Virus record (IMG/VR): IMGVR_UViG_2724679058_000007
Direction: 5' to 3' (one strand)
DNA length: 35,236 bases
DNA from: a virus
Taxonomy: Duplodnaviria > Heunggongvirae > Uroviricota > Caudoviricetes
Below, piece after piece: positions 17,440-25,799 of the stretch. Under the pieces are notes generated by a model. The model did no database searches. It was not told the DNA's origin and saw only the letters and a program-made list of their open reading frames with translations. How positions within the stretch are numbered: position 1 is the first letter of the stretch; every line of letters begins with the position of its first letter. The position numbers and the translations under genes are program-made.

Positions 17440-17898
17440 TCAGCGACGGGCCGCTGCTTCAAGATGGCGGACAATCGTATCGAGGATGGGGACAACCACT
17501 TCAGGCTGCAGTTCACCGTCCCCCGTCAGCGGCAGGAAAGGACGGGCCGGAAGTTCGACGGACTCATTACGCCCCGTTTTACCCCCACACTGGTGAATAG
17601 CGCCGTAAACAACGTTAGTGCCGACAGCAGCCTGCCGGTCATCATGATCGGTTGATACTGACCCCATCAGACGCCCGGTATCCTGCAGTGTTTGCCCGTC
17701 GCGCTCCTGCGCTGCCAGCGAGGGAGTCCACCCCGGACGCCCCTCATCGAGAAAGTTAAACTGCGTTTCCGCCAGCAGGGTTCCGGCGATTTTGCGCATC
17801 GCGGGTTCCAGGTCTGTGGCAGCCAGATCCAGCGCACGGAGGCTCCGGCGCAGGGATTCATCGTTAATGGTGACATTGACCAGGTTATCGGAAGCCAT
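17440..17898 (-). CDS. Virion morphogenesis protein (Mu G-like)
   Basis: Start taken at MASDNLVNVTINDESLRRSLRALDLAATDLEPAMRKIAG; the longer track ORF would overlap the F-like gene. Confidence 0.7.
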   Translation of the reverse strand: MASDNLVNVTINDESLRRSLRALDLAATDLEPAMRKIAGTLLAETQFNFLDEGRPGWTPSLAAQERDGQTLQDTGRLMGSVSTDHDDRQAAVGTNVVYGAIHQCGGKTGRNESVELPARPFLPLTGDGELQPEVVVPILDTIVRHLEAAARR

Positions 17899-17900
17899 CG

Positions 17901-18722
17901 TTATCCTCTCAGTTCCTGCTGTGCCAGCGGTTGAAGCGTACCCTGATAGCGGGCAAGGTCGGGACGGTATGCAGCCCCCGGCGCATAAGACCAGCCGACG
18001 TCGGTGGCCACCTTCGTGGTGCCGGTATTGAAGGTAGCGACATTCTGCATCTCGCCTGTTTTCTCTGAGACCAGCTTCAGCTCCCATCCCATGGCTGAGC
18101 CAGAACCTGACACCTTCAGGCCACGGGCACGCACATCCGCCGCGCTCAGGGCAATCACGCCACAACGGCAGCGCCAGCCGTTCGGCGGGTAGAACGCCTG
18201 CCAGAACGGGTCATCATAGCGCAGCACCAGACCATGCAGCGCCAGATGGCTCTTGCGGGTATGGCTGTCGTTGATGCCGGTATACATCCAGTACGGCCTG
18301 TCGTCGACGTTCTCCATCTGCTCGGCCCAGCGACCGGCGCTGTAGAGTACGGACATATTGGTGCGAAAGATGGTGTCGAGCCGCCACGGGCTGCCCTGCT
18401 GGATGGTGACCGGCTCGCCCGTTACCGGGTCGGTGGTATCACGTGGCCCCCACCATCCCTTGCGCTGCAGCTCCGGCTCCAGCTCCTGCCGGAACCAGCG
18501 GCCTGTTTTTCCTTCATCGACAGCCTGCTGCAGTGCCCCGCGAATATCTTCCAGGATATCAAGGCGGGTCACTTTGGCGACGGTAAAGGCGCGGGCATGG
18601 GCATCCTGCCACATCTCCTCCCAGTCCCACGTGAAGCTATACCCTTTGGACTTCAGGTAACTGATAGCCCGTTTGGGGGGCAGCGTCATGCAGTACGCCA
18701 GTTCAGCCGTTGTCACGCTCAT
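17901..18722 (-). CDS. Head morphogenesis protein (Mu F-like)
   Basis: Start taken at ATG (MSVTTAELAYCM...) preceded by a GGGGG Shine-Dalgarno-like run; contains YSFTWDWEEMWQDAHARAFTVAKVTRLDILEDIRGAL. Confidence 0.7.
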   Translation of the reverse strand: MSVTTAELAYCMTLPPKRAISYLKSKGYSFTWDWEEMWQDAHARAFTVAKVTRLDILEDIRGALQQAVDEGKTGRWFRQELEPELQRKGWWGPRDTTDPVTGEPVTIQQGSPWRLDTIFRTNMSVLYSAGRWAEQMENVDDRPYWMYTGINDSHTRKSHLALHGLVLRYDDPFWQAFYPPNGWRCRCGVIALSAADVRARGLKVSGSGSAMGWELKLVSEKTGEMQNVATFNTGTTKVATDVGWSYAPGAAYRPDLARYQGTLQPLAQQELRG

Positions 18723-19197
18723 GCAGACGCCCCCAGACAGTTGCAACAAACATAATCCGTGCCAGCCGTTCCTGCAGGTCTTCAGCTTTCATCTGCGGGT
18801 ACAGCTCGGCCAGTTCGCCCAGCAGCTCAGACGGATTGACGCCATCTTCAACCCGCTTAAACAGAGGAGCCAGTACGGGTTCCAGCGTGCCATTTAACGC
18901 GCCTCCGTTCATCAGAATATCCAGCGCGTCGTCCAGGGCCTGCTGTGCCTGAATATCGGCATCAATCGCCTCGGCAAATGACAGCGGCAGCATGTTCTTC
19001 TGGCGTTCTGACGGTGGTGTCTCGTCAATATCACCGTCCTGCAGCTGGTACTCACGCTTGAAGTATTGCGGGGTGAAGACCACACCGGCACGGCTGAGTT
19101 TCTCGTCGCGGGTTGCCTGGGTATCGTCGACCGTTCCCTGTTCCCACATCTTCCAGACGGGGCTGGCCACATCGCCAAAGTTCATTGATACCGCCAT
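18703..19197 (-). CDS. Probable C-terminal part of portal protein (or separate 164-aa protein)
   Basis: Acidic 164-aa ORF that overlaps the stop of the upstream portal ORF by 16 nt; together the two ORFs total about 500 aa. Confidence 0.45.
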   Translation of the reverse strand: MAVSMNFGDVASPVWKMWEQGTVDDTQATRDEKLSRAGVVFTPQYFKREYQLQDGDIDETPPSERQKNMLPLSFAEAIDADIQAQQALDDALDILMNGGALNGTLEPVLAPLFKRVEDGVNPSELLGELAELYPQMKAEDLQERLARIMFVATVWGRLHERDNG

Positions 19198-20198
19198 CCT
19201 GATGGCTGATTCACCGCGCTTTCCACGATATCAGCGTCAGCGTCACGGATATCATCGGTGACTTCCAGTCCGGCCTGCGCGGAGGCGCGGTTACTGTTGG
19301 CCTCGGTGGTCTGGTTCTGCCCCAGCAGGGCGATGGAGATTTCACTGCGGGCAAGCGTGATCAGGTTCTGATAAATATCGCTGCTGTCGGCCTTGCCTGC
19401 GGCCTCCTTAATTTCAATGGAGGAATCGTCGGGGATAGCGGCCACCGCGTCTTCCACCATTGCCTCCATGGAATCCAGCAGCAGGTCAATCTCACCCTGA
19501 GCGGTACCGCGCGGATGCTTGCCGATAACCCACGGTGAGCCATATTTCTCGGCAAAGCGCACCCAGAACTTCATGCCGCCTTTTTTGAAGGTCACGGGCC
19601 AGAAGCACATCGACAGGTCAGGGAAGCCATACGGGTTATCGTAGGTCGCGTCCTGACGCGGTACCACAAACTTGTTCAGCGGTACCGGCTCGCCTTCCAG
19701 CCCGGCGTCCTTGGCGCGAAAGCGCAGCAGGTTGTCGTTGTCGAACTGGAACCACTCAGGGGGTTTACCTACGATATCGGCAATGGCCCAGGATTTAACA
19801 GAGCGTCCCCACATGATCTCACAGGGCTGATACCCGTAGAGAACGGCGTCGGTCATCTCGCCGATGATGCGGGACAGATCCAGATCGTCGAGCATATCCC
19901 GGATGAAGCTGAATACCCGCGCCGGGGCATGACCACGTTCAAGACCGCGCTCCAGCGATTTGACCGCCGCCTTACGCCTGCGGATGCAGCCACCGACCAG
20001 CGGGTCGGTACGCAGCTCGCGATAGATGCGGATATCCCGGCCCTGAGATTTCAGAATGGGGTCAGGGTTAGGCAGGTACATCCCCAGCCCGAAGAAGTCG
20101 ATGGAACGGCTGCGCGAGGCGATCTGCTCCGTCAGTGTTTTATTAGGTTCGGCAAATTTGACGAACTCACTGGGTGAAACCCAGAGTCCACGGGCCAT
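19182..20198 (-). CDS. Portal protein, Mu gp29-like, N-terminal 338 aa
   Basis: MARGLWVSPSEFVKFAEPNKTLTEQIASRSRSIDFFGLGMYLPNPDPILKSQGRDIRIYRELRTDPLVGG; directly downstream of the terminase large subunit. Confidence 0.7.
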   Translation of the reverse strand: MARGLWVSPSEFVKFAEPNKTLTEQIASRSRSIDFFGLGMYLPNPDPILKSQGRDIRIYRELRTDPLVGGCIRRRKAAVKSLERGLERGHAPARVFSFIRDMLDDLDLSRIIGEMTDAVLYGYQPCEIMWGRSVKSWAIADIVGKPPEWFQFDNDNLLRFRAKDAGLEGEPVPLNKFVVPRQDATYDNPYGFPDLSMCFWPVTFKKGGMKFWVRFAEKYGSPWVIGKHPRGTAQGEIDLLLDSMEAMVEDAVAAIPDDSSIEIKEAAGKADSSDIYQNLITLARSEISIALLGQNQTTEANSNRASAQAGLEVTDDIRDADADIVESAVNQPSGWRYQ

Positions 20199-21721
20199 CA
20201 GTAATCCTCCAGCATACGGGCCGCCTGACGACGACGGCGTGAGCTTGCCTTCACCGGCCCTTTGTTAATTTCACGACTGGCGAAGTACGCCAGCGCCAGT
20301 GCGATGGCTGAATCCCCGTGACGCTTGCCACTGTCAGACTTCGCTTTTGAGCGCTGTTCCGGCACGCGGGGAACGCCGTTTACCACCTGAACGGCCCGCA
20401 GGTCATCCAGCGTATCTTCATCCTTCGGTAAATCCACCAGGTTGCCATCTTCCAGCGCAGCCTTGACCGGCGGCATATGCTCGCGATACCAGTTTTCAGT
20501 TGGCATCACCTGCTTAACCCGGCTGGAGCCGTAGCGCTGCATGGCGTATTCGGCGAGGTAAGAGCCGTTACCACGGGCATCAAGCGCCGCGCCTATCAGG
20601 TTTGGCAGGCCGTCCATCAGGTACCAGGCGATTTGCTCCTGCTGTTTGAACGGCACGTTGCGCAGCTCCAGCACGAACGGCACGCGGCGAACCAGGTTCT
20701 TCTCCTGCAGCAGGGGATAGTCCACCGACAGGTCACCGCTGCGGCCAAAGTCGCGACCCAGGAAAGAACGTGCGTCAGCGGGGAGCGCCTCCAGCAACGG
20801 TTTCAGATGTGTATCAAGCCACTCCTGCGTCTCGCTCCAGCGGACATCATCGGGCTTCAGCTCGTAACCCTCCGGGCAGGTCAGACGCAACACCGGCGTG
20901 CCAGCCGACATACGGGACTCAATCAGGGCGCGGGACAGCCAGGCTCCGCCACCGTTGGCCGGAACACAGTCAAGCTCCTCCGATGCACCGGCACCGTAGA
21001 ATTTGTACACCGATGCCATCCACGCCTGCTCGGATGCTTCCGACCATTCTTTCCCGGTACGCAGGCAGACGCGGTGGAACAGCCCTTGGGACACAGCCTC
21101 CTGAAAAGTAATGCGATGTACGCTGCCCCCCTGACGCCCGGCCCGGATATCACCGATAAGCGTATTGAACGGGTTATCGTCACCGTCATGGGTGGAGATA
21201 ACGCGCACTTTACCGCCCCAGATAAGCATCGCCAGCGCCGCCTTCAGCAGTTCGTCCAGTTGCTCATGGAACGCCGCTTCGTCGATAACGATGATGCCCT
21301 GACGGCCACGCAGGTTAGACGGACGGCTGGAGAGCGCGACAACGCGGAAGCCGGAGTCAGGGAATTTGATGGTGTAGGTCTTGATATGCTTGTCGTCTTC
21401 GTCCTCTTCCCAGAAACCCTCTTCGATTTCGCTGGCGGCATAGTTGAATGCCCGCGCCCACATCGCACACGCCTGGATATATTCGACGGTCATGTCCTGG
21501 TTATAGGCGATGTAATACACGTTCATCCCACCCGCAGGGGCTGAAGAGGCTGCGGTCAGCACGTCATCGGACGCCTCAGCCCAGGTGATACCGGTTCGGC
21601 GGCTCTTCTCAATCACCTTGAGCGGAGACGTGTCAGCCACCCAGCGCTGCTGGTAGGGCATCAGAACGGCGGGGATATCCAGCGCCGAGGTGTCAGGCAA
21701 AACAGGAGCAAGCTGGCTCAT
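20198..21721 (-). CDS. Terminase large subunit (Mu gp28-like)
   Basis: 507 aa; size and position upstream of portal. Confidence 0.75.
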   Translation of the reverse strand: MSQLAPVLPDTSALDIPAVLMPYQQRWVADTSPLKVIEKSRRTGITWAEASDDVLTAASSAPAGGMNVYYIAYNQDMTVEYIQACAMWARAFNYAASEIEEGFWEEDEDDKHIKTYTIKFPDSGFRVVALSSRPSNLRGRQGIIVIDEAAFHEQLDELLKAALAMLIWGGKVRVISTHDGDDNPFNTLIGDIRAGRQGGSVHRITFQEAVSQGLFHRVCLRTGKEWSEASEQAWMASVYKFYGAGASEELDCVPANGGGAWLSRALIESRMSAGTPVLRLTCPEGYELKPDDVRWSETQEWLDTHLKPLLEALPADARSFLGRDFGRSGDLSVDYPLLQEKNLVRRVPFVLELRNVPFKQQEQIAWYLMDGLPNLIGAALDARGNGSYLAEYAMQRYGSSRVKQVMPTENWYREHMPPVKAALEDGNLVDLPKDEDTLDDLRAVQVVNGVPRVPEQRSKAKSDSGKRHGDSAIALALAYFASREINKGPVKASSRRRRQAARMLEDY

Positions 21722-22266
21722 GAGGCAATCCCCAGAATTTCACGACGCAGCGCCTGTACCGCATCGGTTGACAGTCCACCCTTACGGGCAATTTTCTCGG
21801 CGTTGCTGGCCGCCTGCTGCGCTCTGGCCCGGACTTCAGACTGGAACTTCTTGAGGTTGACGGAAGCGCGGGACAGCGTGGCCACGTTCTTTGCCACCTT
21901 CGACAACAGCGCCACGCGCTCTTTGGGGTCGACTTCGCCTTCTTCCGCTTCCTGCAGCTGGACGATGCTCTCGAACAGCTCGGTCTGAATCAGGGCGATC
22001 ACCGCCTCCGAACGTGCATCCTGATCGTCAGCCGCACCTTCGGTCAGCATCCGGGCCGCTTCAGTGGCTGCACGGATAGCGCCATAGCGGCGCTCAATCT
22101 TCTGGCCATAGCGATGGATAGCCGATTTGCTGATGACATAACCCTGCTCACGCAGCAGGGACTCCAGCTCGTTATACCCGCTGAAGCCGGATTCAGTCAG
22201 CGCCCGCTCAAGCCAGCGACGCACGTCTTCCGGCAGCTTTTCTATCGTGCTGCGTCTGGCCATCAT
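21718..22266 (-). CDS. Putative terminase small subunit (Mu gp27-like)
   Basis: 182 aa, MMARRSTIEKLPEDVRRWLERALTESGFSGYNELESLLREQGYVISKSAIHRYGQK (HTH-like N-terminus); immediately upstream of the large terminase. Confidence 0.5.
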   Translation of the reverse strand: MMARRSTIEKLPEDVRRWLERALTESGFSGYNELESLLREQGYVISKSAIHRYGQKIERRYGAIRAATEAARMLTEGAADDQDARSEAVIALIQTELFESIVQLQEAEEGEVDPKERVALLSKVAKNVATLSRASVNLKKFQSEVRARAQQAASNAEKIARKGGLSTDAVQALRREILGIAS

Positions 22267-22574
22267 TCACTCCAGTACTTTTCCGGGCGGGCGATGCCGG
22301 GGCCGCATTCCACGGTGTACTCAACCAGATCGACACCGAGGCGGGTCAGGTCGGCAAACCAGTCGCCGGAGGGTTTTTTCTCCAGATCAACCATTTTGCG
22401 ATCAGCCAGATAATCCAGCTCACGGCGCAGTTCCAGCGGTGTGGTGTCCGGGTAGATGGCGCGGGACACGTCCAGCAGCAGCGTCTCGCTGGCGGTGTAC
22501 GGGCGGGTTTTGTTCAGAGCAACCAGCAGACTCCAGCGCAGGGACTCCCGGCGCACGCGGGCGATATCAACCAT
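22263..22574 (-). CDS. Hypothetical phage protein
   Basis: 103 aa ORF between the membrane protein and terminase small-subunit genes. Confidence 0.45.
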   Translation of the reverse strand: MVDIARVRRESLRWSLLVALNKTRPYTASETLLLDVSRAIYPDTTPLELRRELDYLADRKMVDLEKKPSGDWFADLTRLGVDLVEYTVECGPGIARPEKYWSE

Positions 22575-22899
22575 TACGACCTCCTGTATGGCGGTACTGC
22601 TGTACCAGTTCCAGTTTGTTGTAGAGCGCGTCCAGCTTGGCTTCGATGACCGTCTGGCCCCGGATATAATCCTCTCGGCGGACGTAGTTCAGCGGTAAAT
22701 CCGCCTTAAACCGCATAAATTCTTTTTCCAGCTCGCCCCAGTTTGAGGCGGACTGCTGCAGCGACTGCTCAAGGGAGGCGAACCGCGCCGCCTGACGCTC
22801 TTCCGCTTTACTGAACAGCCATTTGGCTATGCCACCGACAAAGCTCATGAAGGTGATGAGGAAACCCACCACCGTCCAGAATTCAACCTGCAACGTCAT
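22567..22899 (-). CDS. Small membrane protein
   Basis: Start taken at MTLQVEFWTVVGFLITFMSFVGGIAKWLF (one TM helix) followed by a coiled-coil region. Confidence 0.45.
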   Translation of the reverse strand: MTLQVEFWTVVGFLITFMSFVGGIAKWLFSKAEERQAARFASLEQSLQQSASNWGELEKEFMRFKADLPLNYVRREDYIRGQTVIEAKLDALYNKLELVQQYRHTGGRNG

Positions 22900-23549
22900 T
22901 TCTGTAATCCTTCCCGTTCGTCCAGCAGACTGTTTATCTGGCTGCGCCAGCTGCGGCACTGCTTCGCGTTGTCGATGATGTTGGCGAGGACGTCACGCTG
23001 AGAGACGCCTGAGTCGCGTAGCCAGGCGTCAGCGGTTTCAGGTCGCCCGGACGCTGCGCCAGTGCCGGTGCCAGCGGCGGCAGTTGCGTCTGAATGACCG
23101 GTGTCGACGGATGCGTTGTCATATCCGAGCGCGGCGTTGTACTGGCGCACGAAACCGCGAGTAAACACGCACTCAATGGGATGGCTCTTACCTTTTTCAT
23201 CAATCCAGCGCTGTGTGACATCGTTAATTTGCCCCTGTAGTTGTTTGTTCTGGCTCTCCAGTTGAGCAATCTGCTCAAGGTAACTGGCTTCAGCCTGCTG
23301 CCCGGCGGCTACCTGCTCCTGATACCGTTTTGCCCATGCTCGCAACGCAGCGTTCTCAAGCGTTGCCTGCTCCGTTTTGTATGTGTCGAATGCTGACTGC
23401 AACTCACTGATCGCCTTATCGCCGTCGCGCGTGGCGTTTTCATGCCCGCTTTTGTAGCCCAGGTAATAAAGTCCAATCAGAAAAGCATTTATGAGCACTG
23501 CCAGCAGCAGACTGCGCCACGGCAGATTTTTTAGCAGGTTAGTCCACAC
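22896..23549 (-). CDS. i-spanin (Rz-like)
   Basis: 217 aa with an N-terminal TM segment (SLLLAVLINAFLIGLYYLGY) then coiled coil; directly downstream of the endolysin; contains an embedded lipoprotein ORF. Confidence 0.65.
   Translation of the reverse strand: MWTNLLKNLPWRSLLLAVLINAFLIGLYYLGYKSGHENATRDGDKAISELQSAFDTYKTEQATLENAALRAWAKRYQEQVAAGQQAEASYLEQIAQLESQNKQLQGQINDVTQRWIDEKGKSHPIECVFTRGFVRQYNAALGYDNASVDTGHSDATAAAGTGTGAASGRPETADAWLRDSGVSQRDVLANIIDNAKQCRSWRSQINSLLDEREGLQK
22934..23200 (-). CDS. o-spanin (Rz1-like outer-membrane lipoprotein), embedded in the i-spanin gene in another frame
   Basis: MKKVRAIPLSACLLAVSCASTTP...: signal peptide with lipobox (AVSC) followed by a Pro-rich mature region. 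Confidence 0.6.
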   Translation of the reverse strand: MKKVRAIPLSACLLAVSCASTTPRSDMTTHPSTPVIQTQLPPLAPALAQRPGDLKPLTPGYATQASLSVTSSPTSSTTRSSAAAGAAR

Positions 23550-24267
23550 AGCTGCCGCCCCCCCATGTCAGATAACGGGGGGCCAGTTCGTGCAGGATGC
23601 GCTGCGGATAATGACGGTTCTCCCGCCAGTTGGCAGTGCTGCGTCCGGCATTCACCGTGGCGACATGACCAAACCAGCGGGTGCTGTCCAGCCCCTGCTG
23701 CGAGGCCAGCCTCTTGTCCCGCTGTACCCAGCCCAGACCGCCGTTATAGCCCGACAGCGTCATGGCCATACGCTCGCAGCCGTTGGCGGCGCTGACGCGC
23801 TGCCACAGCCAGCGGTCATAACTGACCAGCGCCCGGATGGCCCATGCCGGATTAAACGGCTCACGGCTGTTAAGCCCCGGCATCAGCTGGCTTATCCAGT
23901 CGGCGGTGGCGGGCATAAACTGGGCCAGCCCCTGAGCGCCAGCCGGCGAGACCGCATCAGGTCGCCAGCCGCTTTCCTGATGCAGTTGCGCGGCGAAATC
24001 GGCCACCGGCGCAGACAGTCCCCATTCAAGCCGGGCATTACGGATCACATCATCGCGATACTGCAGCGCAGCCTGCGGAGGCTGCGCTGCGCGGGCCTGA
24101 CTGAAGAAGCCGCCACACCAGAGCAGCCAGACAATCACCAGGTTGCCAGCAAGCTGCCACCAGAAGCTGTATTTATCGTTACGTGGTTCTCCGTGTCTGA
24201 TGGCGGTTACGCCCAGACCAAAGGCAAGCAGGATGATGAGGGTGATTTGAGGCCAGTTCATGGTCAC
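23539..24267 (-). CDS. Endolysin, lytic transglycosylase (SLT domain) with N-terminal hydrophobic segments
   Basis: 242 aa; N-terminus has two hydrophobic stretches (ITLIILLAFGLGVTAI, LAGNLVIVWLLWCGGFF); ESGWRPDAVSPAGAQGLAQFMPATA is a typical SLT active-site region. Confidence 0.75.
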   Translation of the reverse strand: MTMNWPQITLIILLAFGLGVTAIRHGEPRNDKYSFWWQLAGNLVIVWLLWCGGFFSQARAAQPPQAALQYRDDVIRNARLEWGLSAPVADFAAQLHQESGWRPDAVSPAGAQGLAQFMPATADWISQLMPGLNSREPFNPAWAIRALVSYDRWLWQRVSAANGCERMAMTLSGYNGGLGWVQRDKRLASQQGLDSTRWFGHVATVNAGRSTANWRENRHYPQRILHELAPRYLTWGGGSCVD

Positions 24268-24614
24268 AGTCCTGTAGCCACAGCCAGACAGACCGCTGCA
24301 ACAATCAGTGCACGGCGGATTAACGCAGCAGAAAATACAAGGTGAAGGCCGGTCTGCACAGGGAAGCGACCATCAGCCATCAGCCTGTCATCATGCTTCA
24401 GGTACTGACCGGGACGGGCTTTGGGGAAAAGCGAACGGTCAAGCCAGTAGCCCAATACTGCCGCCAGCGTGATGAGTGACAGCTTGTAGACAACCACCGG
24501 CAGCTGCTGGGGCGATACCAGACCGATGGTGCCGAGCAGCAGCACTGAGGTCAGCAGCCAGCCGCTGAGACGTGGCTTTTTAACAGGGGGAATGAATTTT
24601 TTCAGGTTTTTCAT
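24264..24614 (-). CDS. Putative holin / lysis membrane protein
   Basis: 116 aa with several hydrophobic helices; first gene of the lysis cassette; AAGGAGA 6 nt upstream of the ATG. Confidence 0.55.
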   Translation of the reverse strand: MKNLKKFIPPVKKPRLSGWLLTSVLLLGTIGLVSPQQLPVVVYKLSLITLAAVLGYWLDRSLFPKARPGQYLKHDDRLMADGRFPVQTGLHLVFSAALIRRALIVAAVCLAVATGL

Positions 24615-24745
24615 GGGTGTCTCCTTGTTGTGTGGGAGACAGCATCACAAATGTGGCGGGATACGGATTTTAAAGCGCGTTATAAGTGTTCGCAGAGGGA
24701 AGCGGCCAGAATGGTGGCACACAAAACACAGGGGAGGCAAGCACG

Positions 24746-25069
24746 ATGACTGAACCGAAACAGACCGGTCTTAAAAAAGGGTTCCTCTTTGGGATCAGAA
24801 CCGGAGAGCAGAATAAAACTTACACGCTAAGCGTGGATGCCAGTTGCCCAACCGAGGCGATTGCAGAACTGAGAAACGCGCTGACGGCGCTTGAAACGCG
24901 AAGCAGCCATTTCGCCAGCGGAGAAAACAACGTCATGATGATTGGCAATGTGGCGGCGACATCACGATATAAAGCCGTACCTAATCCTACTACTCAGTTA
25001 TCCGGCGACCAACGAAGACTGGAAGCGGAATCAGCAGTTCCCAGAACGGTTCTTCCTCACCAGTCTTAA
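24746..25069 (+). CDS. Hypothetical protein (108 aa)
   Basis: ATG preceded by GGGGAGG; MTEPKQTGLKKGFLFGIRTGEQNKTYTLSVDASCPTEAIAELRNALTALE...; its 3' end overlaps the convergent ORF 24990..25556. Confidence 0.4.
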   Translation: MTEPKQTGLKKGFLFGIRTGEQNKTYTLSVDASCPTEAIAELRNALTALETRSSHFASGENNVMMIGNVAATSRYKAVPNPTTQLSGDQRRLEAESAVPRTVLPHQS

Positions 25070-25556
25070 CCGGGGCCGCTTCTCCCGCCCAGTAAAGCCA
25101 GGCCCGGTGATATAATTCCAGCACCGGGCAATCACTGTTCAATAACCTCATATCTCCGCGATGCACCGGCTCATCTGTGATTACTTCATATATCGGTGCC
25201 GTTCTGATTTCGTCTTCGCCTCTCTCATCGGCCAGTAATGCCCGGAACTTCCTGACTTCACTCAGATGCTGACAGGCAAACAGTGACTGATAGCGGGAAG
25301 GTTTGTCAGGAAAATGGCTACGGCGAACTAACTCAAACACCAGACCGACCAGCAGACTTCTGCTGACTCCACTGTCATCTTCCATTTTAGGGCCGGGGTT
25401 ATAGAGATAGTTATGACCGTGCTTGGAAAGACCATCGGGATACATCTGATGAAGGAAAGCGGCCAGCTCCGGCGCTTCAGGTTCGTATTTTCCGGTAATT
25501 ACATGGCAAGGCGAAGGCAGACGATTAGCGGAATCAAGTGTGTAATACGTTCCCAT
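24990..25556 (-). CDS. Hypothetical protein (188 aa), accessory locus
   Basis: ORF MGTYYTLDSANRLPSPCHVITGKYEPEAPELAAFLHQMYPDGLSKHGHNYLYNPGPKMEDDSG...; no family recognised. Confidence 0.5.
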   Translation of the reverse strand: MGTYYTLDSANRLPSPCHVITGKYEPEAPELAAFLHQMYPDGLSKHGHNYLYNPGPKMEDDSGVSRSLLVGLVFELVRRSHFPDKPSRYQSLFACQHLSEVRKFRALLADERGEDEIRTAPIYEVITDEPVHRGDMRLLNSDCPVLELYHRAWLYWAGEAAPVKTGEEEPFWELLIPLPVFVGRRITE

Positions 25557-25664
25557 TCAGAAAACAATCCTTATCGAACAAACACTGCACGTAGGTAACA
25601 CATCCAGTAAATCGCGTTAATAGAAAACAGTTATCCATAAGCCTCATCCTGACAATGAAAGAAC

Positions 25665-25696
25665 GACCAGCCCGGTGCGGTAACACCAGGCTGGTC
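25665..25696. repeat. 13-bp inverted repeat with 6-bp spacer upstream of the methyltransferase gene
   Basis: GACCAGCCCGGTG cggtaa CACCAGGCTGGTC (one mismatch); additional perfect palindrome GTCTCGCGAGAC at 25741-25752; GACCAG occurs three times in the spacer. Confidence 0.5.
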
Positions 25697-25799
25697 ATCA
25701 ACCCACAGGTATGCACTGTGAGCCGACCAGGGTTCAGTCAGTCTCGCGAGACCAGACTAGCCTGCCATATTTTCACTGATTGCAAAAGGCTTACGGATA

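Noticed and set aside
20477-21544. 355-aa plus-strand ORF antisense to the terminase large subunit
   Set aside because: Shadow ORF in a GC-rich region; implausible composition and no start signals; the terminase frame is clearly the real one.
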